Shown here: one piece after another, positions 63,991 to 64,000 of the stretch
Position numbering within the stretch: the stretch's first letter is position 1
Layout of the letters: each line of letters starts with the position of its first letter
DNA from: Takakia lepidozioides
Taxonomy: Eukaryota > Plantae > Bryophyta
Assembly (NCBI GenBank): GCA_030704615.1
Contig: CM060733.1
Span: 61,628,001-61,692,000 of the forward strand
Direction of reading: 5' to 3'
Length of the DNA stretch: 64,000 nucleotides
Position numbers and translations under genes: made by a program
Notes under the pieces: generated by a model
The model's input: only the letters and a program-made list of their open reading frames with translations
Told to the model about the DNA's origin: nothing
Database searches by the model: none

Positions 63991-64000
63991 ATTTGCAACG

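Larger units (their letters stand above)
51548..64000 (+). mobile_element. CACTA (En/Spm) DNA transposon; right end outside the window
   Basis: Starts CACTACAACAAAAA, followed by CACGTG-rich subterminal repeats, and contains TnpD-like and TnpA-like coding remnants. Confidence 0.85.

Overview
Repeat-rich eukaryotic nuclear DNA from a land plant. A non-seed plant such as a bryophyte is inferred from the many PLS-DYW PPR relics and the retroelement type, but this is not proven. Three intact multi-exon host genes are present: a two-B-box plus CCT CONSTANS-like gene (-), a GOS1-type Golgi SNARE (-) and a head-to-head CCCH-zinc-finger/WD40 ZFWD gene (+). Around them lie pseudogenes (three PPR/PPR-DYW relics and a COMT-like O-methyltransferase broken by a micro-inversion) and nested transposons (a MULE, MITEs, LINE 3' fragments and a large CACTA element that runs off the right edge). 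The main result is a ~10.2 kb Ty3/gypsy-type retrotransposon (13654-23822, TG...CA ends, 4-bp TSD CCCT). Its degenerate polyprotein reads Gag - protease - C5 DNA methyltransferase (DNMT3-like) - RT - RNase H - integrase (catalytic core missing) - PHD finger. Its terminal repeats are split and permuted (A ... B-A-B) rather than two ordinary LTRs. The CACTA element also appears to carry an FCP1/NIF-type phosphatase domain inside an antisense TnpA-like gene. All domain calls come from reading motifs by eye; no searches were run.
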